Positions 9,249-18,993 of a stretch of 64,000 bases of DNA are shown here, piece by piece. This stretch comes from Terriglobia bacterium (GTDB lineage Bacteria; Acidobacteriota; Terriglobia; Acidiferrales; UBA7541), in contig OY968796.1 of assembly GCA_963695545.1 (NCBI GenBank), forward strand, positions 1,728,001 through 1,792,000, given 5' to 3'. Position 1 is the stretch's first letter; each line of letters starts with the position of its first letter. Under the pieces are notes generated by a model, which was given only the letters and a program-made list of their open reading frames with translations, ran no database searches and had not been told where the DNA came from. Both the position numbers and the translations under genes were made by a program.

Positions 9249-9899
9249 ATGAAACTTAGCGAATATCGAAAGAAGCGCCGCTTCAGCGTCACGCCGGAAC
9301 CTTCGGGCGCCGGAAATGTCGGGACAAAAGGAAAGGCGACGCTCGCCTACGTCGTGCAGAAGCACATGGCTACGCAGTTGCATTACGATTTCCGTTTGGA
9401 ATGGCGCGGGGTACTGCTCTCCTGGGCCGTGCCGAAGGGGCCATCGCTCGATCCGGCGGTGAAGCGCCTGGCGATGCAGACGGAAGATCACCCGATCGAC
9501 TACGCAAACTTCGAGGGGGTGATTCCCGCAGGTGAATACGGAGGCGGAACGGTGATGCTGTGGGATCGCGGAACCTGGGAACCGGAGAGCGACGATGTGG
9601 ATGCCGCGTTGAAAAAGGGAGACCTGAAGTTCACGCTGCACGGAAAAAAATTGCGAGGTTCGTGGGTCCTGGTTCGCACACGCGGATTTGGAAGTAAGCC
9701 CTCTCGGTCTGCGTGGCTGCTGATCAAGCATCGTGATCGGTATGCGAGCACTAAGGACGTCACTGCGGAAATGCCCCGCTCTGTTTCGAGCGGACGACTT
9801 CTCGCGGAGATCGCGCGAGCCGATGGAGACGATGTCGAAAAGGCCGCGAAGGGCGATCCGGCGGGCAACGGGCGGCGCAAATCTCGCCCAAAAGGGTAA
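9249..9899 (+). CDS. LigD 3'-phosphoesterase module (stand-alone)
   Basis: VVQKH..QLHYDFRLE, SWAVPKGP, EDHP.DY motifs. Confidence 0.92.
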   Translation: MKLSEYRKKRRFSVTPEPSGAGNVGTKGKATLAYVVQKHMATQLHYDFRLEWRGVLLSWAVPKGPSLDPAVKRLAMQTEDHPIDYANFEGVIPAGEYGGGTVMLWDRGTWEPESDDVDAALKKGDLKFTLHGKKLRGSWVLVRTRGFGSKPSRSAWLLIKHRDRYASTKDVTAEMPRSVSSGRLLAEIARADGDDVEKAAKGDPAGNGRRKSRPKG

Positions 9900-9925
9900 C
9901 GACGGCCTGCGAAAGAAGGGGCTGC

Positions 9926-10852
9926 ATGGCGACAAACAGGACTCCAATCCGCGTGCAGCCCATGCTGGCCACGCTCGTTTCCGAGCCATTCGACAAGCCT
10001 GGATGGGTCTATGAGGAGAAATACGACGGCATAAGGATCATTGCGTACAAAGAGCGGGATCAGGTGCGGTTGTTATCGAGGAATGGGAAAGACCGCACGG
10101 GGAGTTTTCCTCGAATCGCAGCGGCCATCAAGAATCTCAAGCCCATCAGACTTATCCTTGACGGCGAGGTTGTGGTATTCGACAAGAAAAAGATTTCGCG
10201 ATTCCAGTTGCTCCAACAGGGCAAAGGCGAACCGGTTTACGCCGTATTTGACTGCCTTTTTGAAAATGGCAAGGATTTGCGGGGTGAGCCACTGTCTGAA
10301 CGGCGCGCTGCGATGGAAAGTGCGATCGGCTCGAGCAAAACGCTGTTGCCATCTCATCAGCTTTCGACGAATGGCCTCAAAGCATTCCGCATTGCTCAGC
10401 GCCGGGGATATGAGGGACTGGTAGCAAAGGATTTTTCTTCTCCGTACGAGGAAACACGATCGCGCGACTGGCTGAAGGTAAAAGTTCATCAGGAAGATGA
10501 ATTCGTGATCGCGGGTTACACCAAGCCCGAGGGCGAACGCGAGCATTTTGGCGCTCTGCTGCTGGGAGCTTATGACAAAGGGAAGCTGCGTTACGTGGGC
10601 AAAGTGGGAACGGGATTCGATCGGAAGACGCTTGCTGCGCTCTATAAAAAATTCCAACCGTTCGTGACATCAAAATCCGCGCTTGTTGATCCTCCCAGGG
10701 AAAAAGACGCGGTATTTGTTTCGGCGCGATTCATCGCACAAATTTCGTTCCAGGAATGGACAGCGGACAACAAACTGCGCCAGCCGGTTTTCCTGGGCTT
10801 GCGCGACGACAAGCTCGCTCAAGAAGTGCGTTTGCCAGAGGTGCGCGCGTGA
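9926..10852 (+). CDS. ATP-dependent DNA ligase, LigD/LigC ligase module
   Basis: EEKYDG adenylation motif, EGLVAK, WLKVK, LRQPVFLGLRDDK. Confidence 0.92.
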   Translation: MATNRTPIRVQPMLATLVSEPFDKPGWVYEEKYDGIRIIAYKERDQVRLLSRNGKDRTGSFPRIAAAIKNLKPIRLILDGEVVVFDKKKISRFQLLQQGKGEPVYAVFDCLFENGKDLRGEPLSERRAAMESAIGSSKTLLPSHQLSTNGLKAFRIAQRRGYEGLVAKDFSSPYEETRSRDWLKVKVHQEDEFVIAGYTKPEGEREHFGALLLGAYDKGKLRYVGKVGTGFDRKTLAALYKKFQPFVTSKSALVDPPREKDAVFVSARFIAQISFQEWTADNKLRQPVFLGLRDDKLAQEVRLPEVRA

Positions 10853-11775
10853 AGGCGAACCGGAGTACGAAGGCGGAACGACCTGCGTCCACTAAATTGC
10901 CGATCGCCGTGTCGAATCCCGACAAAGTTTTTTGGCCTGCTGAGGGTTATACGAAGCTCGATTTGGTTGAATACTACGACGCGATCTTTCTAAAGCTCTC
11001 GCCGTACGTGAAGGATCGCATTCTGACGCTCGAACGCTGCCCCGACGGGATGCGAGGCGAGTGTTTTTATCAAAAGCAGATACCAAAAGGCATGCCTGCC
11101 GGGACGCCGACCAAACGGATCGTGCACGCAACGACGGCGCGCAAGTTCACTGACTACGTGGTGGGCGGTTCGTTGATTACGCAACTCACGCTGGCTAACC
11201 TGGGCTGCATCGCCGTGCACGTAATGGCCAGCCGCGCGAGCGCGCCGCGAAAGCCGGACTGGGTGTGCTTGGACATCGACCCCGGATCTGGAAAGTTCTC
11301 GGAGGCCGCTCGCGCAGGGTTGCACGTGAAAGAGGGCTTGGACATTTTGAAATTGACGTGCTACGCGAAGACTTCGGGTAGCCGCGGCATGCATGTGCTG
11401 GTTCCGATACGACGCGGACCGGATGCGGACGAGGTGCTCAGATTCGCGGAATCGTTTGTGGCGCGCGTGGCGGCTGCGCATCCGAGTGAATTGACTGTGG
11501 AGCATTCGGTCGAAGCGCGGCGCGGGCGCGTCTACTTGGATCCGTTTCGGAATGGTTTTGGACAAACCGTTGTGGCGCCATACTCGGTGCGCAGGCGCGA
11601 GAAGGCTCCGGTTTCAACTCCGCTCGAATGGTCGGACGTGAAATCTACACTGCTCCCCACGGCATTCAATATTGGAAACTTCACAGAGCGGACTCGGCGC
11701 GCCGATCCGTGGAGCGATTTCTTTCGGAATCGCCAGTCGCTGACCGCGGCGACCAAATCGCTTAGCAAACTGTGA
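10849..11775 (+). CDS. LigD polymerase module (archaeo-eukaryotic primase fold)
   Basis: SNPDKV, RCPDG, FYQK, LDIDP, KTSGSRGMH, VAPYSVR; GTG overlaps ligase stop (GTGA). Confidence 0.92.
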   Translation: MKANRSTKAERPASTKLPIAVSNPDKVFWPAEGYTKLDLVEYYDAIFLKLSPYVKDRILTLERCPDGMRGECFYQKQIPKGMPAGTPTKRIVHATTARKFTDYVVGGSLITQLTLANLGCIAVHVMASRASAPRKPDWVCLDIDPGSGKFSEAARAGLHVKEGLDILKLTCYAKTSGSRGMHVLVPIRRGPDADEVLRFAESFVARVAAAHPSELTVEHSVEARRGRVYLDPFRNGFGQTVVAPYSVRRREKAPVSTPLEWSDVKSTLLPTAFNIGNFTERTRRADPWSDFFRNRQSLTAATKSLSKL

Positions 11776-11809
11776 GTGCTGGCGCGGATACCTGGGATCG
11801 GTTCGCCAT

Positions 11810-11834
11810 CGCCGATCAGAATAAGTGATCGGCG
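11810..11834. terminator. Hairpin between convergent ligD cluster and tRNA-Ser
   Basis: CGCCGATCA/TGATCGGCG 9-bp stem. Confidence 0.5.
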
Positions 11835-11886
11835 CCAAATTTGGCTTTTCGCGCGAAATTCGAGAGAGAGAAAACGCAGAACCGGA

Positions 11887-11976
11887 TGGCGGAGGGGGAG
11901 GGATTCGAACCCTCGAGGCCCTTTCGAGCCTGGCGGTTTTCAAGACCGCTGCCTTCAACCGCTCGGCCACCCCTCC
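11887..11976 (-). tRNA. tRNA-Ser (anticodon TGA)
   Basis: GGAGGGG/CCCCTCC acceptor stem, CTTGAAA loop, long variable arm, GTTCGAATC, encoded CCA; 90 nt. Confidence 0.97.
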
Positions 11977-12102
11977 GCGAGGTAGTGTACAGGCCGGGCG
12001 CGCGGGGCCGCAATCGCGCGGCGTCGCGCGAATGCTCGGTGCGCACGGCAACGCGGGCGCGACGCCGGCGCGGATTGATACGAGGTTTCTGACGCTGGGT
12101 TT

Positions 12103-12471
12103 TTAGTTCGGTTGGGTCGGCACGGAATCGGGCTTCGCGGGCCAATCCTGGGGAACGAAATCCACGCCCCAGAAATGGGGCGACGGTGAGAGAAATTCAA
12201 CGCCGACGCGCTGGCCCTTGTCCACGGAATCGCCGAGATAAACGACGCGGCACTCCTGCTCCTCTTGCGTGAACGGGTTGGTGAGCACCACGAGGGCATC
12301 CATGGCGATTTCCTGATCGAGATAAACCAGGCCGCCATGCGCGTTGATGACGATGGTTTCACAAGCGGTGCGAAAACGCCGCCCGGTGAGGTTTTTCCCG
12401 GAGGCCACCACGCGCACGCGCATGAAGATCCGCGTGCTGCGCCGGTCAGCCGAAGTGGAGGTTGCGCTCAT
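12103..12471 (-). CDS. PilZ-like domain protein
   Basis: RRSTR (RxxxR), degenerate VINAHGG second motif, CRVV...VGVEF beta pattern. Confidence 0.65.
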   Translation of the reverse strand: MSATSTSADRRSTRIFMRVRVVASGKNLTGRRFRTACETIVINAHGGLVYLDQEIAMDALVVLTNPFTQEEQECRVVYLGDSVDKGQRVGVEFLSPSPHFWGVDFVPQDWPAKPDSVPTQPN

Positions 12472-12615
12472 GCAACTCCATGCTGCGGCAGGCTTCTCTG
12501 GGCGTCAACAACGCAACCCCCGCGGAGTTCCTGCTAGAAACCTGTCCCCGGGAACAGCGCGGCGCGCCGATTCCGCCACGCAGGAAAGGCGGCGCGAGGT
12601 GTGCGCCACCGATGT

Positions 12616-13089
12616 TTATTCTTTTTCGTACGCTCGGTTCAAGGTGTCGATATCGATCTTCACCATTTTAAGCACGGCTTTCATGACTCGTTGCGATCTT
12701 GCGGGATCTTTGTCTTGAAGCAGCTTGGGCAAGATTGTGGGAACCACTTGCCATGACAGGCCATATTTGTCCGTCAGCCAGCCGCACTGCACTTCCTTGC
12801 CGCCGGCGGAAAGCTTGTTCCAGAAATAGTCCAATTCGTCTTGGGTCTCGCAGCTCACGACGAACGATATGGCCGGCGAGAAAGTGAAGTGTGGACCGCC
12901 GTTGAGGGCGATAAAATCCTGTCCATCGAGCTCGAACGCCACGGTCATCACCGCGCCTTTGGGCCCTGGCCCCGTTTCTCCATATCGAGTGACAGCCTTA
13001 ACCTTCGAGTTCTTGAAGATAGAGACATAAAGGGCCACGGCTTCCTCGGCATTGCCGTCGAACCACAGAAACGGTGTGATTTTTTGCAT
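12616..13089 (-). CDS. VOC/PhnB-like (3-demethylubiquinone-9 3-methyltransferase family) protein
   Basis: MQKITPFLWFD, LNGGPHF, CGWLTDKYGLSWQ. Confidence 0.9.
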   Translation of the reverse strand: MQKITPFLWFDGNAEEAVALYVSIFKNSKVKAVTRYGETGPGPKGAVMTVAFELDGQDFIALNGGPHFTFSPAISFVVSCETQDELDYFWNKLSAGGKEVQCGWLTDKYGLSWQVVPTILPKLLQDKDPARSQRVMKAVLKMVKIDIDTLNRAYEKE

Positions 13090-13158
13090 GGCTCTCTCCC
13101 TTCCGATGATTTGGACAATCGATCCCTTCGCGCAATGCCGCCCGTGCTCGGGGCCGCA

Positions 13159-13809
13159 TTACCTTCGGGCGTGCCGCAACTCCTTGGCGCTGCGTGGAAT
13201 GAAGAGGAACTCGAGATACCGGTGCAGGTGATCCAAGCAGTCGGCAGCGACGCTTGGTCCGTTCTTGGCTTTGGCGAGAATGAACGCGCCCTGAATGACT
13301 GCTTGCGTGTAGAGAGCAAGGCTTTGGGCGCTCCATTGCGCATCGATGCGGTAGTCGCGCATGGCTTCGGCGATATCCGCTTCTACCATTGCGGCGTGCT
13401 CGTTGAGGCAGCTGTTGCAGGCTTCGCGGATGGCGGGATGGGTCTCGAAGGTTTCCTGCACCATGGTGCCGAGCAGGCAGGTGAATTCAGGCAATTCACC
13501 CTGCAGGATCGCCTTGCGAAACTCGACGTAGGCCAAGAGCCGATCTACGGGGTCGGCCAAGGCGCGGTAGGGCGCCGTGGAGAACAAGGAGTCTGCCATC
13601 GAGGCAAAGTATCCGGCTGCCGAGAGAGCTAGCTCTTCCTTGCTGGCGAAGTAATGGAAGAACGCGCCTTTGGTGACGCCGGCACGCTGGCAGATATCGT
13701 CAACGGTGGTGGCGGAATAGCCTTTGGTGCGAATCACGGTCAGTGCGGAGTCGAGGATTCTAACTTTGGCATCGCTGTGGGGCTTGGCGTGGAGAGCCTG
13801 CGGTGGCAT
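13159..13809 (-). CDS. TetR-family regulator (NemR-like)
   Basis: HTH GYSATTVDDIC..AGVTKGAFFHYF; CLLGT motif; GGAGG RBS. Confidence 0.9.
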   Translation of the reverse strand: MPPQALHAKPHSDAKVRILDSALTVIRTKGYSATTVDDICQRAGVTKGAFFHYFASKEELALSAAGYFASMADSLFSTAPYRALADPVDRLLAYVEFRKAILQGELPEFTCLLGTMVQETFETHPAIREACNSCLNEHAAMVEADIAEAMRDYRIDAQWSAQSLALYTQAVIQGAFILAKAKNGPSVAADCLDHLHRYLEFLFIPRSAKELRHARR

Positions 13810-13827
13810 AATGGACCTCCCGGTTGG

Positions 13828-13856
13828 TACATACCAACTAGCCGGTATGTTGTCAA
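13828..13856 (-). promoter_or_regulatory. tetR promoter with overlapping palindromic operator
   Basis: Minus-strand TTGACA-17 bp-TATGTA; ACATACC-N8-GGTATGT dyad at 13829-13850. Confidence 0.75.
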
Positions 13857-14056
13857 GAGCTTTCCCTGTGTGTAGATCGATTCCGCGAACAGCGGTTTCG
13901 CCGCGATGCCCGATGGGCGGTAGGTCTCCTAGGATCGCAACGCTCGATCCAGTGCGCTCCGTTGAGAGAGCGCCGGCCATCCCGCCTTCGTGATAGCGGG
14001 CAAAGTGTAGCGCGGGATTCGTGGTATAAATCGGGGCGATTTATTTTGGAGCACGA

Positions 14057-15424
14057 ATGAGCCTCTTTGACTACATCGAAAGCAAGCGCCAAGAGCATTT
14101 GAACGACCTGTACGAATTGCTGCGCATCCCGAGCGTTAGCGCCCAGAGCCAGCACAAGCCGGACATTGAGCGGGCGGCGCAGTGGGTTGCGGAGCGTCTT
14201 CGGCGCGTGGGCCTGGATTCGGTGGAGATTCTGGCGACGAAGATGCATCCGCTGGTTTACGGCGAATCTTTGCACGCTCCGGGCAAGCCCACGGTTTTGC
14301 TCTACGGCCACTACGACGTGCAGCCTGCGGATCCGCTGAATTTGTGGACCTCGCCGCCATTTGAGCCGACGGTGCGCGACGGCAATTTGTTCGGCCGCGG
14401 CACGGCCGACGATAAGGGGCAAGTGCACATTCACATCCGCGCGCTCGATGCGCTGCGCCAGGTGACGGGGAAGCTGCCGATCAATATCAAAGTGCTAATC
14501 GAGGGCGAAGAAGAAGTAGGCAGCGAAAATTTGTGGGACTTCGTGCAGGCGAATAAGACGCGGCTGCGCGCGGATGCGCTGATCGTTTCGGACACTTCGA
14601 TGCTGGCGCGCGGCGTGCCGTCGATCACATATGGGTTGAGGGGACTCAATTATTATCAGATCGAATTGACCGGGCCGGCGCAGGATGTGCACTCCGGCGT
14701 GTTCGGCGGCGCGATTCCGAATCCGCTGCAGGTGCTGACGGAACTGTTCGCGAAATTGCACGACAAGAATTTTCGCGTGGCCATCCCCGGATTCTACGAT
14801 CGGGTGGCGACGGTTTCGCGCGCTGAGCGCAAAGCGCTGAACGCTTTGCCTTGGAAAGAAAAGGAATTTCGCAAAACGGTTGGGGCGCCCGGCTTATCCG
14901 GCGAGAAAGGCTATACGATCATCGAGCGGCTGTGGTGCCGGCCGACGCTGGAATTGAACGGAATTTGGGGCGGTTACATCGGGGAAGGCGCGAAGACCGT
15001 GATCCCCTCGAAAGCCTACGCAAAATTTTCAACGCGCTTGGTGCCGCGGCAGGAACCGAAAGAGATCGCGCGGCTTGTCGAACGCCAGATTCGGCGCCTC
15101 TTGCCGAAAACCGTTCACTGCAAATTTGAAACACTGAGCATGGGCAAGCCGTGGGTGGCCGCGTACACGCACCCTTATTTTCAGGTGGCGCGGGAGGCGC
15201 TGGAGAAGGGTTTTCGGAAGCGCGCGGTGTTCATCCGCGAGGGCGGCTCGATTCCGTTTGTGACGCAGATGCACGACACGTTTAAAGTGCCTTGCATTCT
15301 GCTGGGATTCGGCCTGCCGGATGAAAACGCACATGCGCCGGACGAGCACATCGCGCTTGAAAATTATTTCGGCGGGATCAAGGCCGTGGCTTCGCTATAC
15401 GAAGGCCTGGGCAACTTGAAATAA
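14057..15424 (+). CDS. M20-family dipeptidase (ArgE/DapE-like)
   Basis: YGHYDVQP, GRGTADDKG, EGEEE, GGSIP, HAPDE. Confidence 0.92.
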   Translation: MSLFDYIESKRQEHLNDLYELLRIPSVSAQSQHKPDIERAAQWVAERLRRVGLDSVEILATKMHPLVYGESLHAPGKPTVLLYGHYDVQPADPLNLWTSPPFEPTVRDGNLFGRGTADDKGQVHIHIRALDALRQVTGKLPINIKVLIEGEEEVGSENLWDFVQANKTRLRADALIVSDTSMLARGVPSITYGLRGLNYYQIELTGPAQDVHSGVFGGAIPNPLQVLTELFAKLHDKNFRVAIPGFYDRVATVSRAERKALNALPWKEKEFRKTVGAPGLSGEKGYTIIERLWCRPTLELNGIWGGYIGEGAKTVIPSKAYAKFSTRLVPRQEPKEIARLVERQIRRLLPKTVHCKFETLSMGKPWVAAYTHPYFQVAREALEKGFRKRAVFIREGGSIPFVTQMHDTFKVPCILLGFGLPDENAHAPDEHIALENYFGGIKAVASLYEGLGNLK

Positions 15425-15431
15425 TTCTTCG

Positions 15432-16142
15432 TCAGTTCGCGGAAAGCTGCACTAATTTTCCGCGCGCGTACTCGGCGAGAGCCGTGTTCGCGTCAGCGAT
15501 GACGCCGAGCGCCTCGGCCACACGCTCGAGATCCGCAGCCGGCACCGCAAAGTACATTTCGCTTTCGCCGATTCCCGTGTACACACGATTTCCGATGCAG
15601 CCCAGGCTCGCGACGGTGCCCTTTTGGAGCGCCGCGGGAAGCGCCATGCAGGTGGGCCGTCCGAGGACGGGAAGCGAAGCGCCCGAGCCGGCGCGCGTGG
15701 CCGCCTCGTTTAGCAGCATGGCAGACGATGCGGGGCAGATGAAGAGCACGACGCTCGGCGTGACGGGCGTGCGTCCAAGCGGAGCGTAGACGATCGACGC
15801 GGGCGTTTTAGCGAGCGTGGGGATGCCACCGACTTCTTCGGGGCGGATGTATCCCAACTCAAACATCATGTTCATTACTTTCTCGGCGTCTTTCGCGCGA
15901 TCCGCGGGCAGCGGGAGACTGTGCGTGTGACTGCCGATGGGGCAGTTGTAGTGATCCGCCGCGACGGTTGAGAACACGCGTCCGTCGGCGGCAAGGCGCC
16001 AGAAACTGCAGCCAGCCGGAGAGTTTCCGGTGAAAGGCTCGACGCCCGCCGGTGCTGAGTCCAGAAACGCGACGGCCACGGGCCGGCGTTTCAATTGCAG
16101 GCGTGCGGTGAAACCCTTCTCAAGCGCTTCCCAATTTGGCAT
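15432..16142 (-). CDS. DUF169-family protein
   Basis: RPVAV, GCSFW, NCPIG, SLGCIGNR Cys motifs. Confidence 0.75.
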   Translation of the reverse strand: MPNWEALEKGFTARLQLKRRPVAVAFLDSAPAGVEPFTGNSPAGCSFWRLAADGRVFSTVAADHYNCPIGSHTHSLPLPADRAKDAEKVMNMMFELGYIRPEEVGGIPTLAKTPASIVYAPLGRTPVTPSVVLFICPASSAMLLNEAATRAGSGASLPVLGRPTCMALPAALQKGTVASLGCIGNRVYTGIGESEMYFAVPAADLERVAEALGVIADANTALAEYARGKLVQLSAN

Positions 16143-16313
16143 GGAGCCATCCTCTCGGATTAGTTCGAGCAGGCGAACATTATAGTCACAGCGGAGCCTG
16201 CCGTCGAAGAACTAAAGATGCCGCGCAGGGAAGCAAGAAGCGATCGAGCGCGCGTCCTACAGGACGACTCTCCGCGAAGCCGCATTTTATCTGGGTTTTT
16301 TGAATGTTTTTGC

Positions 16314-16342
16314 TTGCCTTCGAGGAATGAGGCCGCTATAGT
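16314..16342 (+). promoter_or_regulatory. sigma70-type promoter of HU gene
   Basis: TTGCCT-17 bp-TATAGT. Confidence 0.6.
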
Positions 16343-16419
16343 GCTCGCCGAACAGAGGCCCCACGTTTACCGGGCCTGCAACACACCCCCACACCAAGAA
16401 AAAAGGAGATCGAGATTCA

Positions 16420-16713
16420 ATGGCAGCAAAACCGTTGAGCAAGTCCAAGATCGTAGGTTATCTTGCGGAGAAAACCGGCACGTCGCGCAAGTCCGTGACC
16501 ACTTTTTTTGAGGAATTGTTCAAGCTGGCCGTCAAAGAATGCAAGGGCGGCGCTGGCAAATTCGTCATTCCGAATATCGGGCGCGCGGTGAAGGCGCATC
16601 GGAAGGCGCGCATGGGACGGAATCCGCAAACCGGTGAGGCTATCAAGATCAAGGCCAAGACGGTTGTCCGGCTACGCGCGGCGAAGGCGTTCAAGGACGC
16701 GGTTCTGAGCTAG
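16420..16713 (+). CDS. hup: HU-family DNA-binding protein
   Basis: RKARMGRNPQTGEAIKI arm motif; AGGAG RBS. Confidence 0.93.
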   Translation: MAAKPLSKSKIVGYLAEKTGTSRKSVTTFFEELFKLAVKECKGGAGKFVIPNIGRAVKAHRKARMGRNPQTGEAIKIKAKTVVRLRAAKAFKDAVLS

Positions 16714-16803
16714 TCGTACCTCGGGCACCGGCCTGGCAATTGCAGTTCGCGTTTGCGCGCCGCGCGGAGTTATCGCCGCCCGGGCGCTCAAAAGTTTCGA
16801 CGG

Positions 16804-16844
16804 CCCTCAGGCGACCACCAGCTGCCGCCTGAGGGTTTTCTTTT
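16804..16844 (+). terminator. Rho-independent terminator
   Basis: CCCTCAGGCG/CGCCTGAGGG stem followed by TTTTCTTTT. Confidence 0.8.
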
Positions 16845-16853
16845 CGGCCGCGC

Positions 16854-18248
16854 ATGCGGATGTGGAGGAAACAATTGCTTCGGCCGCCGACGCCTCAAGA
16901 CCCACAATTCTCGGGCCTGCAGACCGATCTCTACGAGCTGACCATGGCGGCCGGCTACCGAAAAGCCGGCTTCGACGCGCGAGCCACGTTTGAATTGTTT
17001 GTACGCGGGCTGCCGGCGCGGCGGAATTTTCTGGTGGCGGCGGGACTGGCGCAGGCGCTGACATATCTCGAGCGCATCAATTTCACGGACGATCAAATCG
17101 GGTATCTTCGCCGCCATCCGGTTTTTGCCGGGATCGACGACGACTTTTTCGATTTTCTCGCGAACTTTCGTTTCAGCGGCGACGTGTGGGCCGTTCCCGA
17201 AGGCACGGTGATTTTTCCGGACGAGCCGATTCTTCGCGTGACGGCACCGATCGCCGAAGCGCAGATTGTCGAAACGTATCTTCTTTCCGCGATTCATTTC
17301 CAAACATTGATCGCGAGCAAAGCAGCGCGGGTGGTGACTGCGGCGCAAGGGTGCCGCGTGGTGGAATTCGGCACGCGGCGCGCGCACGGCCCCGAAGCCG
17401 GCGTGCTGGCCGCGCGGGCCGCGTTCATCGGCGGATGCCGCGGGACATCGAACGTGGCGGCGGGCTATCGCTTCGGGATTCCGACATTCGGCACGCAGGC
17501 ACACTCATGGATCATGGCTTTTGAAGATGAGAAGGAAGCGTTCGGGCGGTTTCTGGATATCTTTCCGAAAAACGCGGTGCTGCTGCTGGACACTTACGAC
17601 GTGCACGCGGCGCTGGAGACGATTCTCGCGATGGGGCGAAAGCCGCGCGGCGTGCGTCTCGATAGTGGCGACGTCGCGGCGCAAAGCGTGTGGATTCGCC
17701 GGCGGCTCGATGGGGCGGGCTGGAGCGACGTGGAGATCTTCGCATCGGGCGATCTGGACGAAGATCGCATCGAAGCCGTGCTGGCCGCGGGGGCGCGCTT
17801 GAACTCGTTCGGCGTGGGAACGGCACTGGCGACTTCGATCGACGCGCCGGCGCTGAGCGTGATCTACAAATTGGTAGAGCTCGAAACCGGCGGCACGGTG
17901 CGCGAGGCGGCTAAGTTCAGCGCGGCCAAGGTCACGTATCCGGGGAAGAAGCAAGTCTTCCGGCGCTCCGATGCGCGCGGCAAATTCTCCGAAGACGTGA
18001 TCGCGCTCGAAGGCGAAAAAGTTCCCGGCGCAGAGCCGCTGCTCGAGCCGGTGTTGCGAGCCGGGCGTTTAATCGCGCCGGCGACTGAACTCGCGGCGGC
18101 GCAGCAGCGTTGCCTTGAACAAGTAGCGCGATTGCCAGATGCGGTGCGCGGTTTGGCGCCGTGCCCCGCGTATCCTGTGCGTCACAGCGAGCGCCTGGTG
18201 GAATTGCTGGACGAAGTGCGGCGGAGGGTGGAGCGCGCCGCGCGCTAG
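16854..18248 (+). CDS. pncB: Nicotinate phosphoribosyltransferase
   Basis: TDLYELTM, EFGTRRAH, GTQAHS, LLDTYD, GVRLDSGD; start approximate. Confidence 0.93.
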   Translation: MRMWRKQLLRPPTPQDPQFSGLQTDLYELTMAAGYRKAGFDARATFELFVRGLPARRNFLVAAGLAQALTYLERINFTDDQIGYLRRHPVFAGIDDDFFDFLANFRFSGDVWAVPEGTVIFPDEPILRVTAPIAEAQIVETYLLSAIHFQTLIASKAARVVTAAQGCRVVEFGTRRAHGPEAGVLAARAAFIGGCRGTSNVAAGYRFGIPTFGTQAHSWIMAFEDEKEAFGRFLDIFPKNAVLLLDTYDVHAALETILAMGRKPRGVRLDSGDVAAQSVWIRRRLDGAGWSDVEIFASGDLDEDRIEAVLAAGARLNSFGVGTALATSIDAPALSVIYKLVELETGGTVREAAKFSAAKVTYPGKKQVFRRSDARGKFSEDVIALEGEKVPGAEPLLEPVLRAGRLIAPATELAAAQQRCLEQVARLPDAVRGLAPCPAYPVRHSERLVELLDEVRRRVERAAR

Positions 18249-18324
18249 ATGCGCGGATGATCGACGCGAATCTCCGCTCCCAATCAAGAATCTCCGCGCC
18301 CAAATAAACAATCGAATAGAGGAA

Positions 18325-18960
18325 ATGGTTTCGCGCAAATTCATCTTCTGGGATGTGGACACGCAGGCAGATTTTGTTTTGCCCGGAGGAAAACTATACG
18401 TGCCGGGCGCGGAAAAACTTCTGCCGAATATGGAGTTGCTGGCCGGCGCGGCGCGCGAAGGGCGCGTGTTTTTGGTCTCGAGCGGCGACGCGCACACGCC
18501 CGAGGATCCGGAACTTCGCGAGTGGCCGCCGCATTGCATGCGCGGAACACCGGGCGCTGCGATTGTGCCGCAGACGCTGACGCAACATTATTTTGTGGTG
18601 CCGAATCGACCGGCGGCCGCGCTGCCGGCGGATCTAGGCCGCTATCAGCAGGCCATTCTCGAAAAGCAAACGCTGAATGTTTTCGACAATCCGAACATGG
18701 ACGCGGTGCTCGCGCGCCTTAACGAGTTGACCGACGCCGATGCGGAATTCGTCGTATTCGGCGTGGTCACGGAATACTGCGTGAAGTTCGCGGCGAAGGG
18801 ATTGCTTGAGCGCGGGCGCCGCGTGGCGATCGTGACGGACGCGATCGAGGCGCTAAAACCGGAAGACGGGCGTCGCACGCTTGCGGAACTCACCGCTCTA
18901 GGCGCGCGGTTGATCACGACGCGCGATGCGCTCGCGTTGCTCGACAAGACTCCGCAGTGA
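18325..18960 (+). CDS. pncA: Nicotinamidase (isochorismatase family)
   Basis: DVDTQADF, D.H, WPPHC, GVVTEYCV; adjacent to pncB. Confidence 0.85.
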   Translation: MVSRKFIFWDVDTQADFVLPGGKLYVPGAEKLLPNMELLAGAAREGRVFLVSSGDAHTPEDPELREWPPHCMRGTPGAAIVPQTLTQHYFVVPNRPAAALPADLGRYQQAILEKQTLNVFDNPNMDAVLARLNELTDADAEFVVFGVVTEYCVKFAAKGLLERGRRVAIVTDAIEALKPEDGRRTLAELTALGARLITTRDALALLDKTPQ

Positions 18961-18993
18961 ACCGCCGCGACGCGTAATTCGATTTGCAATCGA

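Noticed and set aside
8763..11981. 11-bp direct repeat CCCTCCGCGAG (8763 and 11971) as att sites of the ligD islet
   Set aside because: Short, GC-rich, and at the tRNA 5' end instead of the 3' end; no integrase; plausible by chance.
16854..18960. pncB-pncA pair as a novel NAD defence module
   Set aside because: Ordinary NAD salvage pair in core-like context.
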